Source of the DNA: Octopus bimaculoides
Taxonomy: Eukaryota
Length of the DNA stretch: 46,156 nt
Reading direction: 5' to 3'
Assembly: GCF_001194135.2 (NCBI RefSeq)
Contig: NC_068998.1
Span: 43,005,290-43,051,445, forward strand
The notes below the pieces were generated by a model. It did not search any database. It saw only the letters and a list, made by a program, of their open reading frames with translations, and was not told the origin of the DNA. Position numbers and translations under genes: made by a program. Positions 23,700 to 34,213 of the stretch are shown here, in pieces; the stretch's first letter is position 1, and every line of letters begins with the position of its first letter.

Positions 23700-23850
23700 T
23701 GCAGCAATGACTGTCTGGTAAGAAGTTTGCTTCTCATCCACATGATTTCGGGTTCATTTCACTGTGTAGAACCTTGGGCCAGTGTCTTCTACTACAGCCC
23801 CACATTGACAAATCTTTGTGTGTCAGTTTGGTTCACAGAACCTGAAAGAA
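23700..23850 (+). mobile_element. SINE family B 5' half
   Basis: ctggtaagaagtttgcttctcatccacatg...ccttgggccagtgtcttctactacagccc. Confidence 0.8.
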
Positions 23851-23854
23851 ACTA

Positions 23855-23875
23855 GTCATCATCATCATCCTTATC

Positions 23876-23908
<33 letters not shown>

Positions 23909-24085
23909 TTTTAACTGTTGTCCATGCTGGCATGGGTTGGACAGTGTGACCAGCGCTGGCAAACTGGAGGTGGGGCTGCATCAGACTCCAGTCTGATTTA
24001 GCATGGTTTTTAATGGCCACGTGCCCTTCCTAATGCCAACCACTTTACAAAGTATGCTGGGTGCTTTTATGTGGCACCGCACAGG
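23855..24085 (-). mobile_element. Retroposon family C
   Basis: (CAT)n tail, ccatgctggcatgggttggacag, gtgcccttcctaatgccaaccact, gggtgcttttatgtggcacc. Confidence 0.85.
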
Positions 24086-24308
24086 TGCTATTATATATAT
24101 GTATGTATATGTGTGTGTTGTGTGTATTACATTCTCCTTTCCTTGACATCGTGTGTTAGTTGTAAATGAATGTCACCATCATACAAATGGTATCCCTCAT
24201 TTCCAATCCTCTACAAATAGCTGTCGGTTCATGCAGAAATACTACCAGCATTTCCAACATCATCATCATCATCATCGTTTATTTAATAGACACAATATAT
24301 GTTTTTAT

Positions 24309-24360
24309 GTGCTACTAAGTTTCATATGTTGAAAATTCCTCAGAAATAATCATCAGGTAC
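24309..24360 (-). ncRNA. Type I hammerhead-like motif (left member of inverted pair)
   Basis: Minus strand: gtac-CTGATGA-ttatttctgaggaattttc-aacatat-GAAAC-tta-GTA-gcac; core intact, stem II decayed. Confidence 0.5.
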
Positions 24361-24384
24361 AAAGCACATATAACGAACAGGTTT

Positions 24385-24440
24385 GTGCCTGATGGATATG
24401 TTTGAGGTATTCATCAACATATGAAACTATTAGTACCACA
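24385..24440 (+). ncRNA. Type I hammerhead-like motif (right member of inverted pair)
   Basis: gtgc-CTGATGG-ATATGTT-tgaggtattcatc-AACATAT-GAAAC-tatta-GTA-ccac; 7-bp stem II, A9G in core, one stem I mismatch. Confidence 0.55.
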
Positions 24441-24801
24441 TAAAAACATGTATTGTGTCTGTGTGTCTACTAAATAATATTTATTTCACACCAGTTGGAA
24501 TATTTTTTGTTGATTTGATGTTACCATCACAGAACGTACATTATATATACATATATTTATATATAGACATAGGTAATAATATCATATTTGGGTATACACC
24601 TTGCCAACTTGTAGTATGTTCTTTAATACCTGTTCACAATATTTGGCTATCTGATGTCACCTGATGAGATACACCTGCACGTTTGCTGTGCCACAACTGT
24701 TTATAGAGCATCCTATCCATGTACCACCAGTGCACGATGGAACAAAACAAACATAAGGAATAATAAAGTCTTGTGAATTCCATTTGCTTTCTCTCTCATA
24801 C

Positions 24802-24834
<33 letters not shown>

Positions 24835-25724
24835 TGCACATACACACACAAGTGCTCACACACACATACATATATGCATACAAATATATATGATAAGATA
24901 TATAATAACAATAATAATAATAATAGTAATAATAATAATGATAATAAATATATGTGTGTGTAGTCACACACACACACACACAGATACACATATACCCATG
25001 TACATATAGACAAATAAAAAAAAATTAATTGATTGTGTTACTTATCCTAAAGATCTGGTGTGTAATTATAAAAATCACACTGCTAAATATATGGTCAGTT
25101 AATTAATGTTTTCAATACGAACACTATTTATAATTATAACAACAACAACAACAACAAGCACCATATATTTCATTATCAACTAAATTCTTAAACAAGTTCA
25201 TTTCCTTGAATGGATTTTGTTGGTTTTTTTTACTTTCCATCCATTCTTTTTTTTTACCTGAAGGTTTCTTCAACTTGTCATTTTTTTTTAGATTCTTTTC
25301 TAATTCAGTTCTTAAATTCTTTGTCCCATTCTATATATTTTTTTTTATCTTTCATTGCTTTTCTTTCCCATGTTCTCGCCTTTTGTTTATTTTCTTTCTT
25401 TTTTATCTTGTTTCTTTTTCTTTACATTTCAAACCTTATTTCTATTTCTTGTTACGTTACTTCTTATTTCTGTTTTATTTATTTTTTTTTCTGTTTCTTT
25501 TCTGTTTATGATTTATTGTCCGTCATTAACTTTTTCCTTTTCTATTTTCCTCTTTCTGCTCTTTCTCTTTCCTTGTTTGTCCTTTTGTTTAAAGCAACAA
25601 TTTGAATCGCCAATCCCTCACAAATAAAGAACACCCAATATTCATACTGCGTAATGTTCCCCTGCATATATATACAGACAAATCTTCCCCATGATTGATC
25701 GCCTGCTACTAAGCCTTTTTTTTT

Positions 25725-25880
25725 TCTTTCTCCATTTATTTCTGTGTTCCTTTCTGTTGAAGAGCATAGGCTCGAAACATAAAAGACTTTCTCACTTCCC
25801 GAGCATTAAACTAATACATCTGTTTGTTGTTTACACACCTGTCCTCATCTTTTGTTTTGTTTTTTTTGTAAATTCCAACT
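25725..25880 (+). mobile_element. Short hammerhead-bearing repeat (family H), copy 1
   Basis: Colinear with 45455-45620 over about 150 bp; followed by (TA)n. Confidence 0.8.
25750..25785 (+). ncRNA. Minimal hammerhead-like motif with CUGUUGA core
   Basis: CTTT-CTGTTGA-a-GAGC-atag-GCTC-GAAAC-ATA-AAAG; stems I and II pair; ACAT is probably CpG decay of palindromic ACGT. Confidence 0.55.
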
Positions 25881-25916
25881 ATACACATATACATAAATAT
25901 ATATATATATATATAN

Positions 25917-26306
25917 NNNNNNNNNNNNNNNNNNNNNNNNNNNNNNNNNNNNNNNNNNNNNNNNNNNNNNNNNNNNNNNNNNNNNNNNNNNNNNNNNNNN
26001 NNNNNNNNNNNNNNNNNNNNNNNNNNNNNNNNNNNNNNNNNNNNNNNNNNNNNNNNNNNNNNNNNNNNNNNNNNNNNNNNNNNNNNNNNNNNNNNNNNNN
26101 NNNNNNNNNNNNNNNNNNNNNNNNNNNNNNNNNNNNNNNNNNNNNNNNNNNNNNNNNNNNNNNNNNNNNNNNNNNNNNNNNNNNNNNNNNNNNNNNNNNN
26201 NNNNNNNNNNNNNNNNNNNNNNNNNNNNNNNNNNNNNNNNNNNNNNNNNNNNNNNNNNNNNNNNNNNNNNNNNNNNNNNNNNNNNNNNNNNNNNNNNNNN
26301 NNNNNN
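25917..26306. other. Assembly gap (edges approximate to 1 nt)
   Basis: N run. Confidence 1.
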
Positions 26307-26340
26307 ACATGTGTGTGTGTGTATATATATATATATATAA

Positions 26341-26459
26341 CTGTAAAAATATGTGACACTTACTCGGTAGTTATGATAAAACTCCGAGTTTTGGATGCCG
26401 AGGTGGGAGCCCCCGGAGTTTTATCATGGCTACCGAACAAGTGTCACATATTTTTACAG
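26341..26459. repeat. Inverted repeat, 46-bp arms with 27-nt loop, in an element bounded by (TA)n (about 26340-26520)
   Basis: Arms 26341-26386 and 26414-26459; 42/46 Watson-Crick, 2 G-U, 2 A-C mismatches. Confidence 0.9.
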
Positions 26460-26519
26460 ATAAATTCCTCTATTTACATAATATCGAGGTCTCTTTCTTT
26501 CTTTTGTTGTCCTTCCTAT

Positions 26520-26550
<31 letters not shown>

Positions 26551-26836
26551 CTTTGGAATATGTAAGGAGAAGGTTGCTCTCTCAGAACCTGCTCCTCACA
26601 TGTTCCTAAGTATATTATGGACTGTATATTTAATTATAATCTGTGTTTCTAAATTAGCCCAAGGGCTGATAATATACTTAATTGGGTTCAATTAATTGTA
26701 TACATAACCTGAATATCTTGCTTCCTGTTTTTCAGTACCAATGTTTCTATTTGTCTATAGTTGTTGTGTATGCATTTTACTTTTGACTCAACCTGGTTCC
26801 TTAACATTTAAGTGCCTTATTCACCTGAATCTTTAT

Positions 26837-26899
<63 letters not shown>

Positions 26900-27889
26900 T
26901 ACTTTATTTGATACATACAAGCATGTATTTCTAATAAACTAATTGTTCAACAGGTGCAATATATAGTTTATTCCATCATAGACTATGTCCAAAAACAAAG
27001 CTAACAAATTTACAGCAATTCCTTCACCAATGGCTGCTGCCCACATGAAAGGAAATCCATTTTGGAATTGTGGTCATCCACTTTTTCACTTTAGAGTATG
27101 ACAATCCTACATACTCATGCAGCTGACACTTATCAATTAAAGGCAACTTTGTTTCATGAAAAGTAAATCTTCATTCTTTCCTGGAAATTGTGTTATAACT
27201 TTACAACACTTATTTGTTCCTGTTCTATTTGCAAGTGAACCAGGACTATATACATATATGCATGCACTTGTATGTATGTATTATCATCATCATCACTATT
27301 TAACATATGTATAAGCATGCATACATGCTTAATATATACACCCATATACAAAGAAACATATTCAAATAAGTGCCGTGCTGATGGTGCCTATTGAGGCAGG
27401 AATACATTTTGAAGCAGAAACACATTTTCCCAGCTCTCTTCTTGGCTCCAGACAACCATAATTCCTTCTACCTAAACAGCATGTGAATTTTGTAGGCTTC
27501 TCGATTTGGGAGATCATTCCCCCTTCTCATTAGCAGGTTGATTGTTTTGCCTTTTCTGAAAATGGAGATAATTTCAATGAAGATGTTCAAAAGCTTATCT
27601 TGTATGGCATTTAATATGCTCTTATTTGTCTTTCTTATTCAAATACATTGCATAACACAGATCATTTTTGTTATATATACATTTATGCGCTTACTCTGGT
27701 GTACATATATATATATATGTATGCACACATATACACATGCCTGTGCATGCACACACACATGCATATATACTTCGATAAGGGGCCCTTGGCCCTTGAGTAA
27801 CATTTTGTAACTTCCTGCTGATTACAAAATAAATATATACTCATGCATTAAGTTCTGTTTCTGCTACCTGTTCTCCAAAAGTATGTGTG

Positions 27890-27957
<68 letters not shown>

Positions 27958-28060
27958 AATGCATGTATGTGTATATGTATGAATATATATGTACATATAT
28001 ATATACACATATACAAATACATATATATATATATATATAGATATATATATATGCATATAC

Positions 28061-28097
<37 letters not shown>

Positions 28098-28100
28098 AAT
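27890..28100. repeat. (TA)n/(TG)n microsatellite
   Basis: Direct reading. Confidence 0.95.
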
Positions 28101-28691
28101 GAAACAGAAAATTAAACTAATTCTCTTATGTATTTCTGGCAGAAATGCAAAACAAAATTAAACTTTTCTTTTGTTTCTTTTTTTATTGTATTTGTTTACA
28201 TTTTTTTGTTGTAATTAACCAAAAAATCTATTTTACCTTATTTCGTTAAGTGTCTGTAACAAAATTGGATTCTCTCCCGAAGCAATTGCTGTGAAGTTAT
28301 TCTTCTCAATGTTGTATTAGATTTTTATGTTAGCGTAACTTAGACAATAATTTTCGTGCAGCTAAACGCTGCAAATTAATAACAAAAAGAAAAATATTAC
28401 ATCAAGTTTCTTTAGTGCATTTTTACTGCTTTCTTACCCTAATAAAGACAAAACATTGAAAAGAACAGTTATGGGTTTTTGTTGTTTCTCAAAAATGTGT
28501 CCATTAATTTGTTAAGTTTCCAAATTCTTTCTTTATTTCAATATTCTTGTTTTCTTTGCTTATCTGAAAGTTTTAGAGATCTTTTCATGAGAAAAGTTCA
28601 GAAAAAAGTTTTTGAATATGAACTGCCTTTGGTAGAATGAAATTAATGTAAAGGAGTTTATTGCTAGTTTTAAAATTAGTGACTTACTCAC

Positions 28692-28794
28692 ATTGAAACA
28701 TGTATATCTATTCTCCTTAATATTTGCAAAATCATTCGGCTTTTTGGTGGTTAAAAAGATTAACTCTAATCCAATAATCCATGGTTTATATGTC
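28692..28794 (-). CDS. Candidate exon (103 nt) reading TYKPWIIGLELIFLTTKKPNDFANIKENRYTCFN
   Basis: Acceptor ATATTCTTTAG|G, donor AAT|GTGAGT, open frame; no recognisable homology. Confidence 0.3.
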
Positions 28795-28815
28795 CTAAAG
28801 AATATGATTATAAGT
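28713..28815. repeat. 103-bp direct repeat, left copy (right copy 29205-29307)
   Basis: Identical except one T/C difference (AATATGATTATAAG vs AATATGACTATAAG). Confidence 0.95.
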
Positions 28816-28825
28816 ATATGACTAT

Positions 28826-29193
28826 CCAGTGGTTAGGGCAGCGGACTCGCGGTTATAGGATCGCGGTTTTGATTCCCAAACCGGGCGTTGTGAGTGTTTA
28901 TTGAGCGAAAACACCTGAAGCTCCACGAGGCTCCGGCAGGGGATGGTGGCGAACCCTTCTGTACTCTTCCACCACAACTTTCTCTCACTCTTACTTCCTG
29001 TTTCTGTTGTGCCTGTATTTCAAAGGGCCAGCCTTGTCACACTGTGTCACGCTGAATATCCCCGAGAACTACATTAATGGTACGCGTGTCTGTGGAGTGC
29101 TCAGCCACTTGCATGTTACTTTCACGAGCAGGCTGTTCCGTTGATCGGATCAACTGGAACCCTCGATGTCGTAAGCGACGGAGTGCCAACAAC
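28826..29193 (+). mobile_element. tRNA-derived SINE, family D, slightly 5'-truncated
   Basis: CCAGTGGTTAGGG A-box-like and GGTTTTGATTCC B-box-like motifs, (CAA)n tail; about 90% colinear with 32278-32662; flanked by ATATGACTATCC. Confidence 0.9.
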
Positions 29194-29719
29194 ATATGAC
29201 TATCCTCCTTAATATTTGCAAAATCATTCGGCTTTTTGGTGGTTAAAAAGATTAACTCTAATCCAATAATCCATGGTTTATATGTCCTAAAGAATATGAC
29301 TATAAGTTTTGAAAGGTAAGTATATTCAGTTTACTACATTTCGATAACAGTCTGGAATAAATTTTCTCATGTTAACCATGTTATTAATGTTTACTGTGTT
29401 AGTTGTTAAAAAAGTACAATATGATTTGAGAATCTAGTTATGGAGAAAAGAGGTAGAAAACCATAGTGATATTTATAAATAATTTTCTAACTTACATAAC
29501 ATAGTGGTGAAAGTGGATGTAAGAAAAAGTGTTTTAATTATTATGGAGTGGTAGGTGTGAACAAATAAGTATAATAAAGATATGAGAAGTAATTCATATA
29601 TATAAATCTCCAATATAAGAGAAGAATATTATTTCAGAATATGTATATATATTTTGTATACTGATGCATTTAAAAGGAACAGAAACTATGAAATAAGATA
29701 AAAGGATATGTGCATATAT

Positions 29720-29905
29720 CCTCATCATCATCATCGTTTATCGTCCGTTTCCCCTGATGGCATGAGTTGGACGATTTGACTGAGGACTGGCAACCCAGAA
29801 GGCTGCACCAGGCTCCAATCTGATCTGGCAGAGTTTCTACAGCTGGATGCCCTTCCTAACGCCAACCACTCTGAGGGTGTAGTGGGTGCTTTTACGTGCC
29901 ACTGG
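29720..29905 (-). mobile_element. Retroposon family C
   Basis: (CAT)n tail through gggtgcttttacgtgccac. Confidence 0.9.
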
Positions 29906-30056
29906 CTTCTTTCAGTTTCTACCTACTAAATCTTCTCACAAGGCTTTGGTCACCTCGAGGTTATAATAGAAGATACTCACCCAAAGTACCACACAGTGGG
30001 ACTGAACTTGGAACCATTAGGTAAGGAAGCAAGCTTCTTATCACACAGTCATACTG
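29905..30056 (-). mobile_element. SINE family B 5' half
   Basis: cttctttcagtttctacctactaaatc...cagtgggactgaacttggaacc...agcttcttatcacacag. Confidence 0.85.
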
Positions 30057-30209
30057 ACAGCTTATGTCGAGAACAAATGTTATAATAATGGAGTCAAATA
30101 TTTCTTCCATTTAATTAAGGAACTGGAGAGTAGAAATACACAGCAGATGTAATTCCACTTGCGTTATATTGCATTCTACATGTTTATTGGATGGCGGAAG
30201 CTTTGGCAT

Positions 30210-30373
30210 TCCAATTATTAATTACATGTTAATTAGAATTAAGTAATTACTAGTTTCGAAAATTGTCCTTGTTTCACTGTGACATTGCCAGGTAACTTGA
30301 ATTTTGTTGTTCCACAATGAAAGCGTTACTGAGATATGTATGTGTGTGTATATGTGTTGTTGTCTGTGTGTGT

Positions 30374-30411
<38 letters not shown>

Positions 30412-30810
30412 AAGTATGAGTGTGTGTGTATACGTATGTATATGTGTGGATGTCAATTTGTGTAAGTGTGTGCGTGTGTGTACGTATGTATATGTGTGGA
30501 TGTCGATGTGTGTAAGCGTGTGTAAGTATGAGTGTGTGTGTATATGTATGTATATGTGTGGATGTCGGTGTGTAAGTGTGCGTGTGTGTGTGTGCATGCG
30601 AGTAAGTATGTGTGTGTGTGAGTATGTATATGTGTGAGTGCATGTGACTGTATGTGTATGTATGCATGCATGAGCGTGTGTGTGTCAGTGAATGTGTGGC
30701 TGTGTGTGTGTGTATGTGTGTGAGCATATGTGTATGTGTGTGTGTCAGTGAATATGTATGAGTGATGGCACATGTGTGTGAGTATAAATGTGTGTGCATT
30801 TGTATGCATG
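30210..30810 (+). repeat. About 125-bp unique head plus degenerate (GT)n array; left arm of foldback
   Basis: The head aligns to the reverse complement of 31281-31411; the array contains three GTATGTATATGTGTGGATGTC units. Confidence 0.7.
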
Positions 30811-30974
30811 TCTAAATTTTGCTTGTTTGATCTCAGTTGAGTTACTTGCTCATTGAATTAGTCTGTAAGTGGCTGAGTATTCCAGTGACACTTGCAGCCT
30901 TGATGTAATCCTTCAGTGCTTGACAAAACTGAATTATAGCTAGAGTCCATGTAACAGGCTTCCACACAGTTTCT

Positions 30975-31411
30975 GTTACACTTACACACATACACACACA
31001 CACACACTTACTCATTCACACACTCACTCACACCGATTTGCACTTACTCATACTCTCACACAATCACTCAATCACACACACTTTCGCACAGTCACATATT
31101 CACACACACACTCACACATACTGATTCACACATTCTGACACATCCCCTCCTCACACACAAATACGCATTCACATACTCACTCACATATACACACTCACAC
31201 ACACTCCATACTCACCACCTACACACATACTCACTTTCTCTCTCACACACACACAAACACACACACACACACACACACACATCTTAGTCATAATTTAACT
31301 GTGGTATATCAACAGTCTGGTTTCTCTACAGTGTCTTGGGAGAATAAAGAAAATCTTTGAAACACGTAATTATCTAATTGTAATTAACATGTAATTAAAA
31401 TAAAGTTTGGA
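30975..31411 (-). repeat. Inverted partner: degenerate (CA)n array plus about 130-bp head; right arm of foldback
   Basis: 17/17 match TAATTACATGTTAATTA (30219-35 vs 31381-97), with about 60-70% identity continuing into the arrays. Confidence 0.7.
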
Positions 31412-31419
31412 TTGATCCA

Positions 31420-31512
31420 GGATTGTGAGGTAATTGCTTAAGATACCCCACAGTGAAACCAAACCGAGAATATTTTCATTGGGAATCCAACTTCTTCACC
31501 ACTTGACCATGT
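31420..31512 (-). mobile_element. Degenerate SINE family B 5' fragment
   Basis: cttaagataccccacagtgaaaccaaaccgag...aacttcttcaccac. Confidence 0.5.
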
Positions 31513-31549
31513 TTTGCATTCATTGGTACATAAATGTTCACATGCATGT

Positions 31550-32000
31550 AGACATACACACACACACACACACATGTAAACATATATGTACACACACATG
31601 TAGACATACACATATGCACACACACGTATAGACGTACACTTACACACACACACACATGTAGACATATATGTACATACACATGTAGACATACATATACACA
31701 CACATCCAGATGTACACATATGCAAACATGCACATATGTGGACTTACATGTATACACACATGTAGATGTACACATACACACATGTACGTGTATGCATATA
31801 CACACATGTAGATGTACACATATACACACAAGTGTAACCCATGCACATACACACACATGCACATACACATGTACATACCTCACATACACTAGCCTATGCA
31901 CACACATACCCATGCACAAGCTTGCACGTGAAGACACATGCACACACATACACAAGTTTGCATACACATACACACACATGCACATACACACACACATATC
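31550..32000. repeat. Degenerate ACACACATGTAGA(C/T) minisatellite
   Basis: Direct reading. Confidence 0.9.
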
Positions 32001-32277
32001 AGATGCTTCACTTTTCATTTTAATAAACAATTTTATTAATAAAATTATTAAAAACCAAATAAAAAAAAATAAAATAAAAACCAATCTGAATTCTTTGTTT
32101 GACAAACAAAATTTCATACCACATAATTTAATTATATTTTGTATTTAATAAATAATACCGGAATGAATTCCATGCCATTAGTGATGCCAGTAATTGATAA
32201 GTTCTTTGTCTCTAGCATAGAGGACTTAAGACAATTGAGTCTTGAAGGAATTGTCTGACTAACATGACATAATAACT

Positions 32278-32662
32278 GTTGTTGGCACTCCGTCGCTTAT
32301 GACGTCGAGGGTTCCAGTTGATCCGATCAACGGAACAGCCTGCTCATGAAGTTAAAATGCGAGTGGTTGAGCACTCCACAGATACGTGTACCCTTAACGT
32401 AGTTCTCGGGGGATAATCAGCGTGACACAGTGTGACAAGGCTGACCCTTTGAAATACAGGTACAACAGAAACAGAAAGTAAGAGTGAGAGAAAGCTGTGG
32501 TGAAAGAGTACAGCAGGGTTCGCCACCATCCCCTGCCGGAGCCTCGTGGGGCTTTAGGTGTTTGCGCTCAATAAACACTCACAATGCCCGGTCTGGGAAT
32601 CGAAACCGTGATCCTATGACCGAGAGTCCGCTGCCCTAACCACTGGGCCATTGCGCCTCCAT
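32278..32662 (-). mobile_element. tRNA-derived SINE, family D, full length with target-site duplication
   Basis: Head ATGGAGGCGCAATGGCCCAGTGGTTAGGG, B-box GGTTTCGATTCC, (CAA) tail; TSD CATGACATAATAACT at 32263-77 and 32660-74. Confidence 0.95.
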
Positions 32663-32818
32663 GACATAATAACTAATTCTTCCTTAAATCATACTGTACT
32701 CACCAAAACAAACAAATAGATAATGAAAAAATATTCACTACTGTGGGATGGTCATATCTGGAACAATATTGGTCAGAGCTCATCTGAGCATGAACAACAA
32801 TGAAAATGCTTTATATAA

Positions 32819-32998
32819 GTGCAGAAGTGGCCATGGTTATGTGGTAAGGATTTCGCCTTCCAACCTTGTGGGTCTGGGGTCAAGCCTACTGTGTGGCACC
32901 TGGGCCAAGTGTCGTTGAATATAGCCCTGGGCAAACTGAAGCCTTGTTTTAGTGGATATGGTAAATGGATGCAGAAGGAAGTCTGTTGTATATACATA
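32819..32998 (+). mobile_element. SINE family B 5' half
   Basis: gtggccatggttatgtggtaagg...gcacctgggccaagtgtc...ggatatggtaaatggatgcagaaggaag. Confidence 0.75.
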
Positions 32999-32999
32999 T

Positions 33000-33420
33000 A
33001 ATCATCATCATCATCACAAACATCATCATTTAACATCATCGTGCTAACAATATTGGTAGTGCTGATAGTGATGATGAGGATGAGGATGATGTTGAGACTG
33101 GTCATGGAGGTGGCTGTGAGGAAGAGAATGATGATGATGACGATGGTGATGACAATGACGATAACAATGATGGTGATGATGATTATGATGACGAGGGTGG
33201 GAATGGTGGTGGATTTGGTGAAAAAGCTACTGATATAGTAAATTGTGATGATAATCTGCTGCTGCTGCTGTCAATGATGATGATTGTTTTGAGAGTGGTC
33301 ATGGAGATGGGTGTGATGAAGACAATGATGATGATGATGATGATGACAATGTTAGCGATGACAATGATGATAATGATGATGATGATGTTGATGGTATCTG
33401 TGAGGTAGATTGTGAAGAGG
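33000..33420. repeat. Degenerate (CAT)n/(GAT)n tract with an internal repeat of about 55 bp (33091, 33289)
   Basis: gagactggtcatggaggtggctgtgaggaagagaatg vs gagagtggtcatggagatgggtgtgatgaagacaatg. Confidence 0.85.
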
Positions 33421-33928
33421 AAAATTTATGATGATGGAGAACATGGTAAGAACTGATGAGGAATATGTGTATGTGTGTGTGTTTTTGTGTGGGTGTGTGT
33501 CTTTATGTGTCTTTGTGTGTGTGTGGAGAAGTCTTGCAGAACTTTTACAAATCTGTCGAAACATTTTTGTGCAAAAACAATTTTCGTAATATTTTTCTTT
33601 CCTCTCTTCAATACAAAAAAAATGATTGCTTTTTTCCATATGAACAAGTTTTAGCAAATTACCGTTTTTTGTAATTTGTTTTTTTAAAACGACCCTTAAA
33701 CACTGACCCTTGTGGCAAAAGAAATTATTGCTAATATTATCTACATTTATTTTATGAAATAATAATAAACATACATTATTAATATTAGTATTGGTATTAT
33801 TGTTACTGTTAACATCATCATCATCATCATTACAGTTTTCCAATTTTCTCATATGTATATATGCTGCTTCTCAGTCATAACTCCCTACTATTTCTCTGGT
33901 TATACAATTTTCTCTCTCTCTGTCTCCC

Positions 33929-33970
<42 letters not shown>

Positions 33971-33975
33971 ATATA

Positions 33976-34163
33976 TGCGGGTGACACGTAAAAGCACCCA
34001 CTACACTCTGAGTGGTTGGCGTTAGGAAGGGCATCCAGCTGTAGAAACTCTGCCAAACTAGATTGGAGCCTGGTGTTGCCATCCGGTTTCACCAGTCGTC
34101 AGTCAAATCGTCCAACCCATGCTAGCATGGAAAGCGGACGTTAAACGATGATGATGATGATGA
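33976..34163 (+). mobile_element. Retroposon family C, young-looking copy
   Basis: gcgggtgacacgtaaaagcacccactacactctgagtggttggcgttaggaagggcatccagc...ggaaagcggacgttaaac-(GAT)n; CpGs retained. Confidence 0.9.
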
Positions 34164-34203
34164 TACACACACACACATATATATATATATATATGTAGAA
34201 ATC

Positions 34204-34213
34204 NNNNNNNNNN
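34204..34213. other. Assembly gap (10 N)
   Basis: N run. Confidence 1.

Noticed and set aside
24655-24720. CTGATGA at about 24660
   Set aside because: No GAAA or stem II partner downstream.
25200-25620. Hydrophobic Phe-rich ORFs suggesting a membrane protein
   Set aside because: T-rich low-complexity DNA that is open in three overlapping frames.
32590-32662. Possible tRNA gene at the family D head (also the heads of A, B and F)
   Set aside because: A and B boxes are present, but the acceptor and anticodon stems do not close and the sequence continues into a SINE body.
32700-32765. Minus-strand exon YDHPTVVNIFSLSICLF joining in phase to 28794
   Set aside because: The donor is good but the peptide is unrecognisable, and the phase match has a 1-in-3 chance.
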